The translations under genes and the position numbers were made by a program. Below are positions 17,740-27,806 of a stretch of 64,000 nt of DNA, in pieces. Each line of letters starts with the position of its first letter. Positions within the stretch are counted from its first letter, which is position 1. Source of the DNA: Phycisphaerales bacterium (GTDB lineage Bacteria > Planctomycetota > Phycisphaerae > Phycisphaerales > SM1A02). The notes beneath the pieces are model-generated. The model saw nothing but the letters and a program-made list of their open reading frames with translations. It did not search any database and was not told the DNA's origin. Where the stretch lies: assembly GCA_009691915.1 (NCBI GenBank), contig SIAD01000002.1, positions 118,562 to 182,561 of the forward strand. The letters are read 5' to 3'.

Positions 17740-19001
17740 GGATGAGTCCGTCGATGGGTCAACGCGCACTGCTCCAGATGCGAGCGGATTGCGCGGGCAA
17801 TCGCGGGCTTTCCCTCCAGCCGCAGGGGTTCGTGTCCACGCGCAACGAACCAGGCAACCTGCGCGGATCCCCGAGGGTTCTCCTCGGCGCGATTGGCCAC
17901 GCAGGCACCGTCGCGCGCGGCTCGCGCGTGCGCCGTCTGCATGACCGACTCATGCGAGGCGTTGACCTCGAACTTGAATCCGACGATTTCGAGCGAGGGG
18001 AAACTTGCACGGACTTCGTCGATCACTTTGGGAGTCGGAACCAGTTCGACATGCCATGGTCCGTCTGCGGTTCTCGTCTTCTCGGCGCCCACCGATCTGG
18101 GACCGAAGTCGGCGACCGCCGCGCTGAGGACCGCCGCTTGACAGGGTTTGGAGTGCAGCGTCTGCATCACGAGGCTGCGATACTCCGCGACGCTCTCAGC
18201 CGTGAACGAGTTGAGCCAGGGAGCCGGGGCGACACTTCCCTGACCAAGCACAAGCGTGACCTCGGCCCCGCACATCGCCAACTCCTGAGCGATGAGGCAG
18301 CCCAAGGCGCCTGTGAACGGGCTCGAAATGCGTCGGACGGCGTCGAGTTCGGTCGGGACCGGTCCACCGGTGACGAGGATGGCCCGGCCCTTGAGTGGCG
18401 AGGCACTCACCGCGGCCGCGACGGCAGCGACGATCGGCCCCTCATCAGGAAGGTTGTGCTTGCCGTAATCGTCGCGAGGCTTGACGACCGTCACACCGAG
18501 CGCCTGGAGCCGATCGAGGCTCGCCGTCAGGATCTTGGTGTGCATCGATCCATGCATCGTCGGGCAGACAAGGATCGCGCACTCGCCATGCTCGAGTAGC
18601 CCCAGTGCCGAAGCAAGCGTCGCCGTGATGACTCCGTCGGCGATCCCGCAAGCCATCTTGTTGATCGTGTTGTAGGTGGCCGGGGCGACCAGATACGCAT
18701 TGAACTGCTCACGTCCGGAGATGTGCTCGGCACGGGGACTGAGTCGCGTTACCACAGGACGGTCGGTACTCCACGCCAGCGTCTCCTCCGTCACATAACG
18801 GAGCCCCTCCTCAGAGACGAATGCTGTGACCGCCGCACCCTGTCGGCGCAGAGCTCGCGCGATCAGGGGCGCCTTCATCGCCGCGATCCCGCCGGTGACC
18901 AGGAGGGCAATGCGTTTGCCTAGAAGGTGATCGCCATCGACAGGTACCGCGTGATCCCCCAGTGATGATGGTGTCGGTGGAGTCGGATTCCAGCGGTTCA
19001 T
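17736..19001 (-). CDS. coaBC: Bifunctional phosphopantothenoylcysteine decarboxylase / phosphopantothenate-cysteine ligase
   Basis: N-terminal flavoprotein domain GKRIALLVTGGIAAMKAP and a C-terminal DFP domain. ATG 19001 overlaps the rnd stop (ATGA). Confidence 0.9.
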   Translation of the reverse strand: MNRWNPTPPTPSSLGDHAVPVDGDHLLGKRIALLVTGGIAAMKAPLIARALRRQGAAVTAFVSEEGLRYVTEETLAWSTDRPVVTRLSPRAEHISGREQFNAYLVAPATYNTINKMACGIADGVITATLASALGLLEHGECAILVCPTMHGSMHTKILTASLDRLQALGVTVVKPRDDYGKHNLPDEGPIVAAVAAAVSASPLKGRAILVTGGPVPTELDAVRRISSPFTGALGCLIAQELAMCGAEVTLVLGQGSVAPAPWLNSFTAESVAEYRSLVMQTLHSKPCQAAVLSAAVADFGPRSVGAEKTRTADGPWHVELVPTPKVIDEVRASFPSLEIVGFKFEVNASHESVMQTAHARAARDGACVANRAEENPRGSAQVAWFVARGHEPLRLEGKPAIARAIRSHLEQCALTHRRTHP

Positions 19002-20263
19002 GGCACCACCGGACCGCCATCGCGCCATGCCAGGCTCAGCGTCTCGCGGCCATCAAGGAATCCGTCGAGCCAGCTACCGATGGCTTGGGCTCGCCATGAT
19101 CCTTCGGGGAAGAGCGGCGCTCGCGAGGTGCCGCGCGCGAGGTACCAGCGCGAGAGTTCCGCGCGCGTCAATACGAGTCCGGTCGAGAGCCCCATCGAGA
19201 TGCAGCGCATGGTGATGATTGACCACAACGCGTCAATCTTGGTGCGATCTTCAGCCGACTCCTCCGGGGCCATCCAGATACGGTCGCGGTCAAGTGGAAG
19301 TGCGCGCGCCGCCACGATAGTGCGCACAATCTCGTCCCCGTGGCTGGAGGCAATGTGCCGCGGGAACCCACGAACTTCGCCCAGACCCGAAGTTTCAGCG
19401 ATCCGCGTGCGCGCCACTTCGAGCAGCGGGCCATCCGGTATCACCGTCCTCGGCGGGAGATTGAGTTCCTTGGCGAGAGCGTGACGCAGCACTACCAGTT
19501 CGCGGAGCACGGTCATGATCCGTGGGCGCAAACCGAGACCGCGCGCGGCGCGGCGAACCTGGCTCTCGGGATTGAATTCCTCCGAAGTCCGCAGACTCTC
19601 CTGGCTCTCTTCCCGCGCCCAATCGGCGCGGCCACACTTCGCAAGCCGCTCGCATTGGACGCTCCAGACGAGCGGGAGGTAGCGCACATCGTCGGCGGCA
19701 TACGAGAGCTGCGACTTCGTGAGTGGCCGCTTGTCCCACTCGGTGAATGTGTGCCCCTTGTGGAGCCGATGCGCCGTCAGGCCATGCACGACATTACCGA
19801 GGCTGACCGGCCACGGCATTCCAAGAAACGCTGCCGCGATCTGGGTATCGACTACATTGGTAGCCGCGCATCCAGCGGATCGCTGCGCCGCGTCGATGTC
19901 CTGCCCGCCGGCGTGAACAATCGTGGTCAGCGAGTCGCAGCAGACTGCGTTCCAGATTGGTTCCAGAGCCTTCTCTCCCAGGGTGATCGGATCAAGCAGA
20001 GCGACCCGGCGGGTGGTCGCAATTTGAATCAGACAGATCCGTGGATAGAACGACTCCTCGCCGATGAATTCGGTATCGAACGCGAACGCTCCTGCTTCGT
20101 GGAGGTGATCGGTCAGTTCCTTCACCTGATCGATCGACTCGATCAGCTGTGACTCGTCCTGGGGAACAAGAGCATGGGAGAGCACCCCCGGGGGTCCGCC
20201 CGAGCCCGTATCGGCGTGAGCCTCCGCATGATGTATGGCACGCTTTCGACGCCGAAAGTTCAT
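18998..20263 (-). CDS. rnd: Ribonuclease D
   Basis: DEDD 3'-5' exonuclease motif FAFDTEFIGEESFYPRICLIQIAT plus an HRDC-like C-terminus. Start placed at ATG 20263 (MNFRRRK); the table start at 20326 lies in a lower-GC stretch that looks intergenic. Confidence 0.8.
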   Translation of the reverse strand: MNFRRRKRAIHHAEAHADTGSGGPPGVLSHALVPQDESQLIESIDQVKELTDHLHEAGAFAFDTEFIGEESFYPRICLIQIATTRRVALLDPITLGEKALEPIWNAVCCDSLTTIVHAGGQDIDAAQRSAGCAATNVVDTQIAAAFLGMPWPVSLGNVVHGLTAHRLHKGHTFTEWDKRPLTKSQLSYAADDVRYLPLVWSVQCERLAKCGRADWAREESQESLRTSEEFNPESQVRRAARGLGLRPRIMTVLRELVVLRHALAKELNLPPRTVIPDGPLLEVARTRIAETSGLGEVRGFPRHIASSHGDEIVRTIVAARALPLDRDRIWMAPEESAEDRTKIDALWSIITMRCISMGLSTGLVLTRAELSRWYLARGTSRAPLFPEGSWRAQAIGSWLDGFLDGRETLSLAWRDGGPVVP

Positions 20264-20376
20264 TCTCTCAGGGTACAGGTGGCTTGATGGAACTACCCGT
20301 CCTATAACCCCAGTACGCGTCTTCAATGCTGGGATTCTGAATCACCATCCATATCATCGTCCCTTCGGTCCTCCGC

Positions 20377-21861
20377 ATGCTGACGCGCCCATCAGGATCC
20401 CTTGTTGCGAATCGCCTGCCCGGCCAGCTGACCCTCGAGGCTGGGGCATTGGCGCTCGCTTCCGCGATTCGCGCCGACCTCACTCTTCAGACGCGGGACG
20501 GAATCGTTCGCCGGTACGAAGTCGGTGTTCGCGAGGTGGATCCCCTCGTTTGGCTGGCCGCGCAAACCCGCGGGGAGCGGGTCTTCTTCAAGAACCGCGA
20601 GGGATCACTGATGATCGCCGGAGCGGGAAAGTGTTTCTCCTCGGCACGGCTCTCGGACCATGCAGTCGCGAGTTGCCTCTCCAGCGAGTCGCATGATTTT
20701 CCCGAGACGGGTCAACCCAGCGAACCGCTCTTCTTCGTCGTCAACTGGTTCGATCCCACCACAGTCCGCCGTGAACCCTCGCGATGGCTGGGATTCTCCC
20801 CGGTGCGCGTGGTGCTTCCCCGCGTAGAGATCCGAAGAACGCGCGAGACGATTCTCGCCGTCCATGTCTGCGACGACGAGGCACTTGCGCTTGACGCACT
20901 CAGTCGGCTTGCTCCCGCATCGATGATCCCTGCGGTACCGCACGGATTCCAGATGACCGCCGATGGTGATCCGTCGCGCTGGGTCGATTCGATCGACGCT
21001 GCACTCGAGGCGATCGAGCATGGGTCGTATGACAAGGTCGTGCTGGCGAGGACGCGCCAGTATGGGGCGCTGGAACCGATCGATCCGTGCGGCGTCCTCG
21101 CTGCCCTGCGAGCGGAGGAGCCGGCGGCGTTCCATATCCTGATCGAACAGTCGCCGTCGCGGGCATTTGTGGGAGCGAGCCCCGAGCGGCTCTATAAACG
21201 TAAAGGCGCCCTTGTGCACAGCGAGGCGGTGGCCGGGACCTGTACGCGCGGCCCCGACGGTGTCTCGGACGAACGGCTCGCCGCGCGGCTGTTGTGCAGC
21301 GAGAAGAACCTTCGCGAGCACGACTTCGTGGTTCGGCGCATCGAGGCGGCGTTGTCACCGTTGATGGTGACGCTGACGCGCGAGGCGTCCCCTCGCATCA
21401 TGCGGCTCAGGCATGTACAGCATCTTCTGACGGGGATCATCGGGCATCTGCGCGACGGCGCCTGCGACCAGACCATCCTTGATGCTTTGCACCCGACCCC
21501 CGCCGTGTGCGGATGGCCGCTGGCAGCGTCGCGGGAATTCATCCGCGATCACGAGCCATTTGCGCGCGGGCTCTACGCTGGTGTGGTGGGCGTTGTCAGC
21601 GCGAGCCGGAGTGACTTCACGGTTGCGATCCGAAGTGCAGTCATCGACGGCGCGACCCTGACGGCATTCGCCGGCGCTGGAGTCGTGCGCGGATCTGAGG
21701 CCGATGCCGAGTGGCTCGAGACCGCGCGCAAACTCGAGAGCTTCGAGGGGATCGCCCGGCGAGCGGCGCAGGGGCCGCTCACCCAGCCATACCGTCGCCT
21801 CATCGGCAGAGGTCCGGGATTTGCCCTACGGACGCCGAAGATCACGGTTGCGAGCTTGTGA
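20377..21861 (+). CDS. menF: Isochorismate synthase
   Basis: Chorismate-binding domain with LHPTPAVCGWP and GLYAGVVGV. First gene of the men cluster. Confidence 0.85.
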   Translation: MLTRPSGSLVANRLPGQLTLEAGALALASAIRADLTLQTRDGIVRRYEVGVREVDPLVWLAAQTRGERVFFKNREGSLMIAGAGKCFSSARLSDHAVASCLSSESHDFPETGQPSEPLFFVVNWFDPTTVRREPSRWLGFSPVRVVLPRVEIRRTRETILAVHVCDDEALALDALSRLAPASMIPAVPHGFQMTADGDPSRWVDSIDAALEAIEHGSYDKVVLARTRQYGALEPIDPCGVLAALRAEEPAAFHILIEQSPSRAFVGASPERLYKRKGALVHSEAVAGTCTRGPDGVSDERLAARLLCSEKNLREHDFVVRRIEAALSPLMVTLTREASPRIMRLRHVQHLLTGIIGHLRDGACDQTILDALHPTPAVCGWPLAASREFIRDHEPFARGLYAGVVGVVSASRSDFTVAIRSAVIDGATLTAFAGAGVVRGSEADAEWLETARKLESFEGIARRAAQGPLTQPYRRLIGRGPGFALRTPKITVASL

Positions 21862-23741
21862 ACGCATCTCAGGACACACTCGATCTCGGTCAAGCCGCGA
21901 ATCTGAATGCGCTTTGGTCGGCTCTCGCGTTCGAGGAATGGCGGCGGCTGGGCCTTGTCTCGGCGATAGTCTGTCCTGGATCCCGTAGTGCGCCCTTGGC
22001 CTGCGCCGTCTCACGACTTTGCGGGGTCGACCGGATCATCGCGCATGACGAACGCGCGGCAGCGTTCGTCGCGCTGGGCGCGGCGAGGGCCACTGGTCTC
22101 CCGGCGGTGGTCGTCACAACTTCGGGGACCGCCGTGGCCAACCTCCTCCCAGGGGTCGTCGAAGCGGCACAGACTGGAACGCCGATGATCCTCGTGACCG
22201 CGGACAGACCACCGGAATTGCGCGATTGTGGGGCGAATCAGTCAATCCATCAGCGGGGGATCTTCGGCGAGTTCAGCCGCTGGTTCTTGGAAATTCCATG
22301 CGCGGGCGAGGTGCCGTCGCCGGCCTTTCTCTTGTCATCGGTCAACGAAGCGTGGCAACGCTCGATCGGCCGGTGCGGTCCGTCGGGACCGGTGCATCTC
22401 AACTGGATGTTCCGCGAACCGCTGGCGCCGACCATAGAGCCTTGGGATCGAGCAATCCTCGGCAGGATCAACGGATGGCTGGACTCGTCGGATCCTTGGC
22501 GAATCGCCATAGAGGAACACGGCCGAGGCGACGACGCCCTGAGGCATGTGCTCGAGGCCGTCGCCGAACGGGCGGGAGATTCGAGGAGGAATCTCGTAGT
22601 GGTGGGGGCGTGTCACACGAAAGAGCAGCGAGCCATGGCGAAGGCGATCGCGTCCTCCTGTGCCTGTCCGGTGATCGCCGACATTGGTTCAGGGCTTCGA
22701 AGCGACGGAAGCGTCGCGACACGGGTGGCCCACGGCGATTTGATCGCTTCCAGTGATCTGCCGAGTGCGCTTCGACCCGACTTCATACTTCGTATCGGAG
22801 GAAACATTTCAAGCCGCAGGGTTGGCGAACTCCTGCGACACGCGAGGAGCATGGCTCGGGGCGTGGCTGTGATTCGTGACGGAGCACTCAGAGCCGACCC
22901 CGACCATACGGCTAGTGCGGAGATCCTCGTGGATGCGCGTGCATTCGTCGGCGACCTCCGAGTGACTGACCCTGCGCGGGGCACGGTCCTTCGCTGCGAC
23001 GAGCAGTTCCTTGGCGCATGGGTCGAGGCGGACCGTGTGGTTGAACAGACGATCTCGGCGATGGCCCTCGACGGCGATGGACTTATCGACGAGCCGACGG
23101 TCGCACGCATCGTCGCCGAAGCCGCACCCGAGGGGACGACGCTGGTTCTTGGAAACTCCATGGCGATCCGCGATGCCGATTCCTATGTCGGTCCCAACGC
23201 ACCGCGCGCGACTGTGGCGGTGAGTCGGGGCGCCAGCGGGATCGATGGTCTGGTCGCGACGGCCGTTGGACATGCCCGCGCGACACACCGACCGGCCATC
23301 CTGTTGATCGGCGACCTCTCACTCCTGCATGATCTTGGGTCCCTTGCACTCGTGAGACACTCTCCGTTTCCGGTGGTCATCGTCGTCGTCAACAATGATG
23401 GCGGGGGGATATTCCACTTCCTGCCTGTCGGAGAGCACCCGACGGTCCTGGAGCCGTGGACGACCGGTCCCCACGGACTCGACTTTGCGTCGGCCGCCGC
23501 GATGTTCGCTCTGCATTACCGGGCGATCGGCCCTAGGGGAACGGCCGCGTCTTTCGCGCGCACCGTGGCGGAAGCGGTTGAGATGGCGCTAGACACCGGC
23601 GAGTCGGTAATGATCGAAGTGCACTCCGATCGCACCACCAATGTGGAGGTACACCGAGAGATTCAGCGCGAGACAGTCGCCGCCGTCGAACGAGCGCTGT
23701 GCGAAACGGCCCCTCGGGCGAGAGTGGAGTCCGCGTTGTGA
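21858..23741 (+). CDS. menD: 2-succinyl-5-enolpyruvyl-6-hydroxy-3-cyclohexene-1-carboxylate (SEPHCHC) synthase
   Basis: ThDP enzyme with VCPGSRSAPL and GDLSLLHDLGSL...VVVNNDGGGIF. GTG 21858 overlaps the menF stop (GTGA); the table start at 21711 was rejected. Confidence 0.9.
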   Translation: MNASQDTLDLGQAANLNALWSALAFEEWRRLGLVSAIVCPGSRSAPLACAVSRLCGVDRIIAHDERAAAFVALGAARATGLPAVVVTTSGTAVANLLPGVVEAAQTGTPMILVTADRPPELRDCGANQSIHQRGIFGEFSRWFLEIPCAGEVPSPAFLLSSVNEAWQRSIGRCGPSGPVHLNWMFREPLAPTIEPWDRAILGRINGWLDSSDPWRIAIEEHGRGDDALRHVLEAVAERAGDSRRNLVVVGACHTKEQRAMAKAIASSCACPVIADIGSGLRSDGSVATRVAHGDLIASSDLPSALRPDFILRIGGNISSRRVGELLRHARSMARGVAVIRDGALRADPDHTASAEILVDARAFVGDLRVTDPARGTVLRCDEQFLGAWVEADRVVEQTISAMALDGDGLIDEPTVARIVAEAAPEGTTLVLGNSMAIRDADSYVGPNAPRATVAVSRGASGIDGLVATAVGHARATHRPAILLIGDLSLLHDLGSLALVRHSPFPVVIVVVNNDGGGIFHFLPVGEHPTVLEPWTTGPHGLDFASAAAMFALHYRAIGPRGTAASFARTVAEAVEMALDTGESVMIEVHSDRTTNVEVHREIQRETVAAVERALCETAPRARVESAL

Positions 23742-24610
23742 GTAGCCACCGCGCGATCGCGTTGATCCACGGGTTTCTTGGGGCTCCGTCCGACTGGCGC
23801 CAGTTCCTGAACTCGTGGGAGGCCAGCGGATATCCGCCACGGAAGTTCGTCTCGATTGACCTTGTCGCGGAGGCGACGCGGATTGCTGGGGGAGACGCTC
23901 AGCAGCGAACTGTCACCCTTGGGCAGCTTTCCACGGCGGTCCATGCGCGCATGGCAGCAGCAGCGGATTCGGATGGTTCATTCGATATCGTTGGCTACTC
24001 CCTTGGCGGACGAGTCGCGCTGGAAATGCTCGAGGCACCCGGATCGGCAGTGATCCGTCGCGCCGCTATCGTGAGCGCGCACCCAGGGATCGAGGCGACA
24101 GAGGAACGCTCCGCGCGCCGCCGACACGACGACCTCCTCGCGGACACACTCGATTCGATCGATGACGAGCCCGACGGACGCCTGCGCGACGCGAACGCGC
24201 TGGCGTTCCTAACAGACTGGTATCGACAGCCGCTGTTTGACCGCCTCCGTGAGAGCGACGCGTATCCCGGAATCATCGAACTCCGGGCGTCTCGGCTGGC
24301 GACGGAGGGAGTTGCTCGCGCATGGAGTTCCATCCTTCGGGGCACAACTCCCGGCCATTCGCCACAGCGATGGGACCTCCTCGTTCGTGAGGGTGGGCGC
24401 GTCGCGTGCGTCTTCGGAGCACAGGACGCGCGGTATGCGCAGGTGGCGCTGCGCGCGCGTGCGGCTGGAGTCGCGGTCGAGGAGATCGCGGGCGCAGGCC
24501 ACGCGGTCCATCTTGAAGCGCCAGAAGTACTCGCCTCGGCAATTCATGACGCATTGGCTCTGAGGAATGAGTGCGCCGGCGTGTCTGGCGAGGGAGTGAA
24601 ATCACCATGA
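23738..24610 (+). CDS. menH: SHCHC synthase (alpha/beta hydrolase)
   Basis: Motif [12 protein letters not shown] and nucleophile elbow GYSLGG. Its position between menD and menB supports the call. GTG 23738 overlaps the menD stop. Confidence 0.75.
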   Translation: MSSHRAIALIHGFLGAPSDWRQFLNSWEASGYPPRKFVSIDLVAEATRIAGGDAQQRTVTLGQLSTAVHARMAAAADSDGSFDIVGYSLGGRVALEMLEAPGSAVIRRAAIVSAHPGIEATEERSARRRHDDLLADTLDSIDDEPDGRLRDANALAFLTDWYRQPLFDRLRESDAYPGIIELRASRLATEGVARAWSSILRGTTPGHSPQRWDLLVREGGRVACVFGAQDARYAQVALRARAAGVAVEEIAGAGHAVHLEAPEVLASAIHDALALRNECAGVSGEGVKSP

Positions 24611-25455
24611 CCACCGCCGCCGACCGTGTCCCCATCCCCGCGCCCGCCTGGAAGATGGCGGGCGAGTTCGAAGACATTCGATACGAGGTCGCGCAGGGGA
24701 TCGCCAAGATCACGATCTGCCGTCCTGAAGTGCGCAATGCATTTCGCCCCCAGACGGTCGAGTCGATGCGCAGTGCGTTGCGCGCGGCCAGAAATGACGC
24801 TTCGGTAGGCGTCATCATCCTGACCGGTGAGGGAGACCAGGCGTTCTGCTCCGGCGGTGACATGCGAGTCCGCAAGGAGGCGGGATACGAGGGAGCCGAC
24901 GGCACGCAGAGCCTCAATGTCCTCGACCTCCAGCGCGAAATCCGCACTTGCCCGAAACCGCTGATCGCGATGGTCGCCGGGTACGCCATCGGCGGCGGGC
25001 ATGTCCTGCACATGGTCTGCGACCTCACGATTGCCGCCGAGAACGCCGTCTTTGGGCAGACTGGACCCAAGGTCGGATCCTTCGACGGCGGCTACGGCGC
25101 CTCATACATGGCACGAATCGTGGGGCAGAAGAAGGCGCGCGAGATCTGGTTCCTATGCCGACAATACGACGCCAAGGCCGCGCTGGAGATGGGACTCGTC
25201 AACGCAGTGGTGCCGCTCGATCGACTGGAGAGCGAGACGGTCCAGTGGTGCCGCGAGATTCTCTCGAAGTCACCGCTGGCCATCCGATGCCTGAAGGCCG
25301 CGCTCAATGCCGATTGTGACGGTCAGGCAGGGCTTCAGGAGCTTGCCGGTAACGCGACCCTTCTCTACTACATGACCAAGGAGGGCCAGGAGGGGCATCA
25401 CGCGTACCTCGAGCGAAGACCGCCTGACTTCAGCTCATTCACGCGCCGGCCGTGA
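24607..25455 (+). CDS. menB: 1,4-dihydroxy-2-naphthoyl-CoA synthase
   Basis: Crotonase fold with [24 protein letters not shown] and [11 protein letters not shown] 24607 overlaps the menH stop (ATGA). Confidence 0.92.
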   Translation: MTTAADRVPIPAPAWKMAGEFEDIRYEVAQGIAKITICRPEVRNAFRPQTVESMRSALRAARNDASVGVIILTGEGDQAFCSGGDMRVRKEAGYEGADGTQSLNVLDLQREIRTCPKPLIAMVAGYAIGGGHVLHMVCDLTIAAENAVFGQTGPKVGSFDGGYGASYMARIVGQKKAREIWFLCRQYDAKAALEMGLVNAVVPLDRLESETVQWCREILSKSPLAIRCLKAALNADCDGQAGLQELAGNATLLYYMTKEGQEGHHAYLERRPPDFSSFTRRP

Positions 25456-25474
25456 GCCGATCAACGACCCGCCG

Positions 25475-26356
25475 ATGGCACACACACTCAAAGTCTGGAT
25501 CGATGCGACCCGCCCCACGACGCTTTCGGCCAGCGTCGCCCCGGTGGCGATGGGAACCGCAATCGCCTACGGAGCAGGGGGGTTTCACCCAGGCGCCTGC
25601 GCTGCCGCGGCGGTTGGTGCCCTCGGCATTCAGGTCGCCTGCAACTTCGCCAACGACTACTTCGATGCACGGAAGGGTGCGGACACTTTCGAGCGGATCG
25701 GCCCAGTGCGTGCGGTCGCGTCAGGACTCGTCGCGCCAACCACGATGCTGCTCGCCACTATCGGTGTCCTTGCCGTGGTCGTTGTTCCTTGCGCTGTGTT
25801 CCTCGTCGTGCGCGCAGGGTGGCCGTTCGCGGTACTAGCAGCGGTATCGGCCGCGCTCGCGTTTCTCTACACGGGCTCACGATGGTCGCTGGCCTACCTC
25901 GGGCTCGGCGATCTCGTCGCGCTCCTCTTCTTCGGTCCAGTCGCAGTAGCAGGGACCTTTGCGGCGCAAACCACTCACTGGTCGTGGACCCCTGCGCTCG
26001 CGGGGCTGGGCCCGGGCTTTCTCGCATGCGCGCTCCTCAGCGTCAACAATCTTCGCGACGAGCCCACCGACCGAGCGGCGAACAAGCGGACGCTGGCCGT
26101 GCGCTTCGGCACATCGTTCGCACGGGCTGAGTTTGTCGCCTGTGGGGTCGCGGCGGCGCTCGTGGCCGTCGCCTTCGCCATCTGGTTCCGACACTACTCG
26201 CTACTCGCTGCGGTGTTCGCCGTCATCACCCTTCTCCCGGCGATGCGACGGGTGATCGCAGGCGAGAGCGGGCGGCTCCTCAACGGTGTGCTCGCTTCAG
26301 CGGGGAGAGCGCTGCTGCTGTACGGAGTTCTCTTCTCGATCGCGTGGATTAGATGA
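25475..26356 (+). CDS. menA: 1,4-dihydroxy-2-naphthoate polyprenyltransferase
   Basis: UbiA-family membrane protein with NFANDYFDARKGAD and NNLRDEPTD. Confidence 0.85.
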   Translation: MAHTLKVWIDATRPTTLSASVAPVAMGTAIAYGAGGFHPGACAAAAVGALGIQVACNFANDYFDARKGADTFERIGPVRAVASGLVAPTTMLLATIGVLAVVVVPCAVFLVVRAGWPFAVLAAVSAALAFLYTGSRWSLAYLGLGDLVALLFFGPVAVAGTFAAQTTHWSWTPALAGLGPGFLACALLSVNNLRDEPTDRAANKRTLAVRFGTSFARAEFVACGVAAALVAVAFAIWFRHYSLLAAVFAVITLLPAMRRVIAGESGRLLNGVLASAGRALLLYGVLFSIAWIR

Positions 26357-27378
26357 CCGTCGATCTCGCCTACTTCGAACTCCCATTCAAGACGCCGTAC
26401 AAGATCGGCGTGAGGTCGATCAGTATGCGGCGAGGGGTCATCGTGCGCCAGGCGCGTGGGAAGAAGTATGGCTACGGGGAGGTCTCACCGTTGCCGGGAC
26501 TTCACCGCGAGACCCTAGAGCAGGCGGTCGCCAGCCTCATGGACGGGATCCACAACCACTCGACTCCGATGCTCTCGAGCGCGTCCTTCGGTCTCTCCTG
26601 CGCGATTGAGTCGGCGGCGCGCAACCCGCGCTACGGCCTAAACGACGCGGTTGACTCAAGAGACATCGGAGTCAACGCGCTCTTTAGCGGAAGCGCACGC
26701 GAGGCCAAGGCCGCCTTTGCGGCCGGGGCCTTCGACGGCTTTCGCACGATCAAGATCAAGATCGGCCGCGCCCGCTCCGTGGATGACCTGCGCATGATCA
26801 ATACCGTGCTGGAGTTGGCGCCCGAAGAAGTTCGTCTGCGTCTCGATGGCAATCAGGGGATGACGCTTGACGCGGCAGAACGGCTCTTGAGCCGCCTCGA
26901 TGCCAGCCGAATCGAGTATGTCGAAGAGCCACTTCGGAACCACGAGGATCTCAGCGAACTCGCGCGTCGCGTGAACCTGCCGATGGCCATCGACGAGAGT
27001 CTCCACACACTCGAAGTGCTCGAACATGTCCTTGGTGCACCGCAGATCGAAGTTCAGGTCGTGAGGCCATCCCTCATCGGGTCGTTGGAGGAGGTGGAGT
27101 CGGTCATCACCCGCGGACGGATCAATGGAATGGACACCGTTCTCTCGACGGCTCTCGAGAGCTCTTACACCATCGCGCTCGTAGCACGGCTCGCCTCGGC
27201 GGCAGGCGTTGGTGACCGCGACCATGGGTTGGGGACCGCATCGCTATTGGCACTCGACCTCGTCACGCCGACTCCCGTGGTGGGGGGCCGCATGGCGGTC
27301 TGCCGCACTCTGCCGGTTCCGCAGCTGGATTTCGTCCGCGCCAGCGAGTTCACTCTACCGGCGTCAGAGCAGCCTTGA
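26353..27378 (+). CDS. menC: o-succinylbenzoate synthase (enolase superfamily)
   Basis: Motifs KIKIGR, LRLDGNQG, EYVEEPL, AIDES. ATGA overlap with the menA stop. Confidence 0.8.
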   Translation: MTVDLAYFELPFKTPYKIGVRSISMRRGVIVRQARGKKYGYGEVSPLPGLHRETLEQAVASLMDGIHNHSTPMLSSASFGLSCAIESAARNPRYGLNDAVDSRDIGVNALFSGSAREAKAAFAAGAFDGFRTIKIKIGRARSVDDLRMINTVLELAPEEVRLRLDGNQGMTLDAAERLLSRLDASRIEYVEEPLRNHEDLSELARRVNLPMAIDESLHTLEVLEHVLGAPQIEVQVVRPSLIGSLEEVESVITRGRINGMDTVLSTALESSYTIALVARLASAAGVGDRDHGLGTASLLALDLVTPTPVVGGRMAVCRTLPVPQLDFVRASEFTLPASEQP

Positions 27379-27763
27379 GCCAGGACGGAAGAGGTATTGC
27401 CTTGCCGGTCGCGGAATCGACGCATGCGTGCGTTGTCGAGATGTCCGCGATGAGTCGTCCGGACGGCCCCTGAATTCGCGTATGGAATGCGACCGACTTG
27501 CGCGAGAACTCTATCGAGTCGACAGAGACGCAGAAGGCATCGCCCACCCGCAATGCGGACTTGAAGTTGGCTTCAGTGTGGACGATCGGAAGTTTCGGTC
27601 CGACGGCGAGTAGCCTCGCGACGCTCGCGCCGCGCGTCTCCAGGAACCCCTCGACCGCCTCGTGCGACAACTCGAGCGCACTGGCGAAGTACAGGATGCC
27701 CGCCGCATCGGTTCTGCCGAGCTTGAGAGTTCCGGTTACGGAGAATGCTGCGGGCGAGCTCAC
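27350..27763 (-). CDS. 4HBT/hotdog-fold acyl-CoA thioesterase (candidate DHNA-CoA thioesterase)
   Basis: 137-aa hotdog protein (GRTDAAGILYFASALE, PIVHTEANF). It is convergent with menC and overlaps its 3' end by 29 nt. Confidence 0.7.
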   Translation of the reverse strand: MSSPAAFSVTGTLKLGRTDAAGILYFASALELSHEAVEGFLETRGASVARLLAVGPKLPIVHTEANFKSALRVGDAFCVSVDSIEFSRKSVAFHTRIQGPSGRLIADISTTHACVDSATGKAIPLPSWLKAALTPVE

Positions 27764-27806
27764 GCGGGAGAGGATAGTCGGCAGTCAACCATCTACGCTC
27801 TACCGC

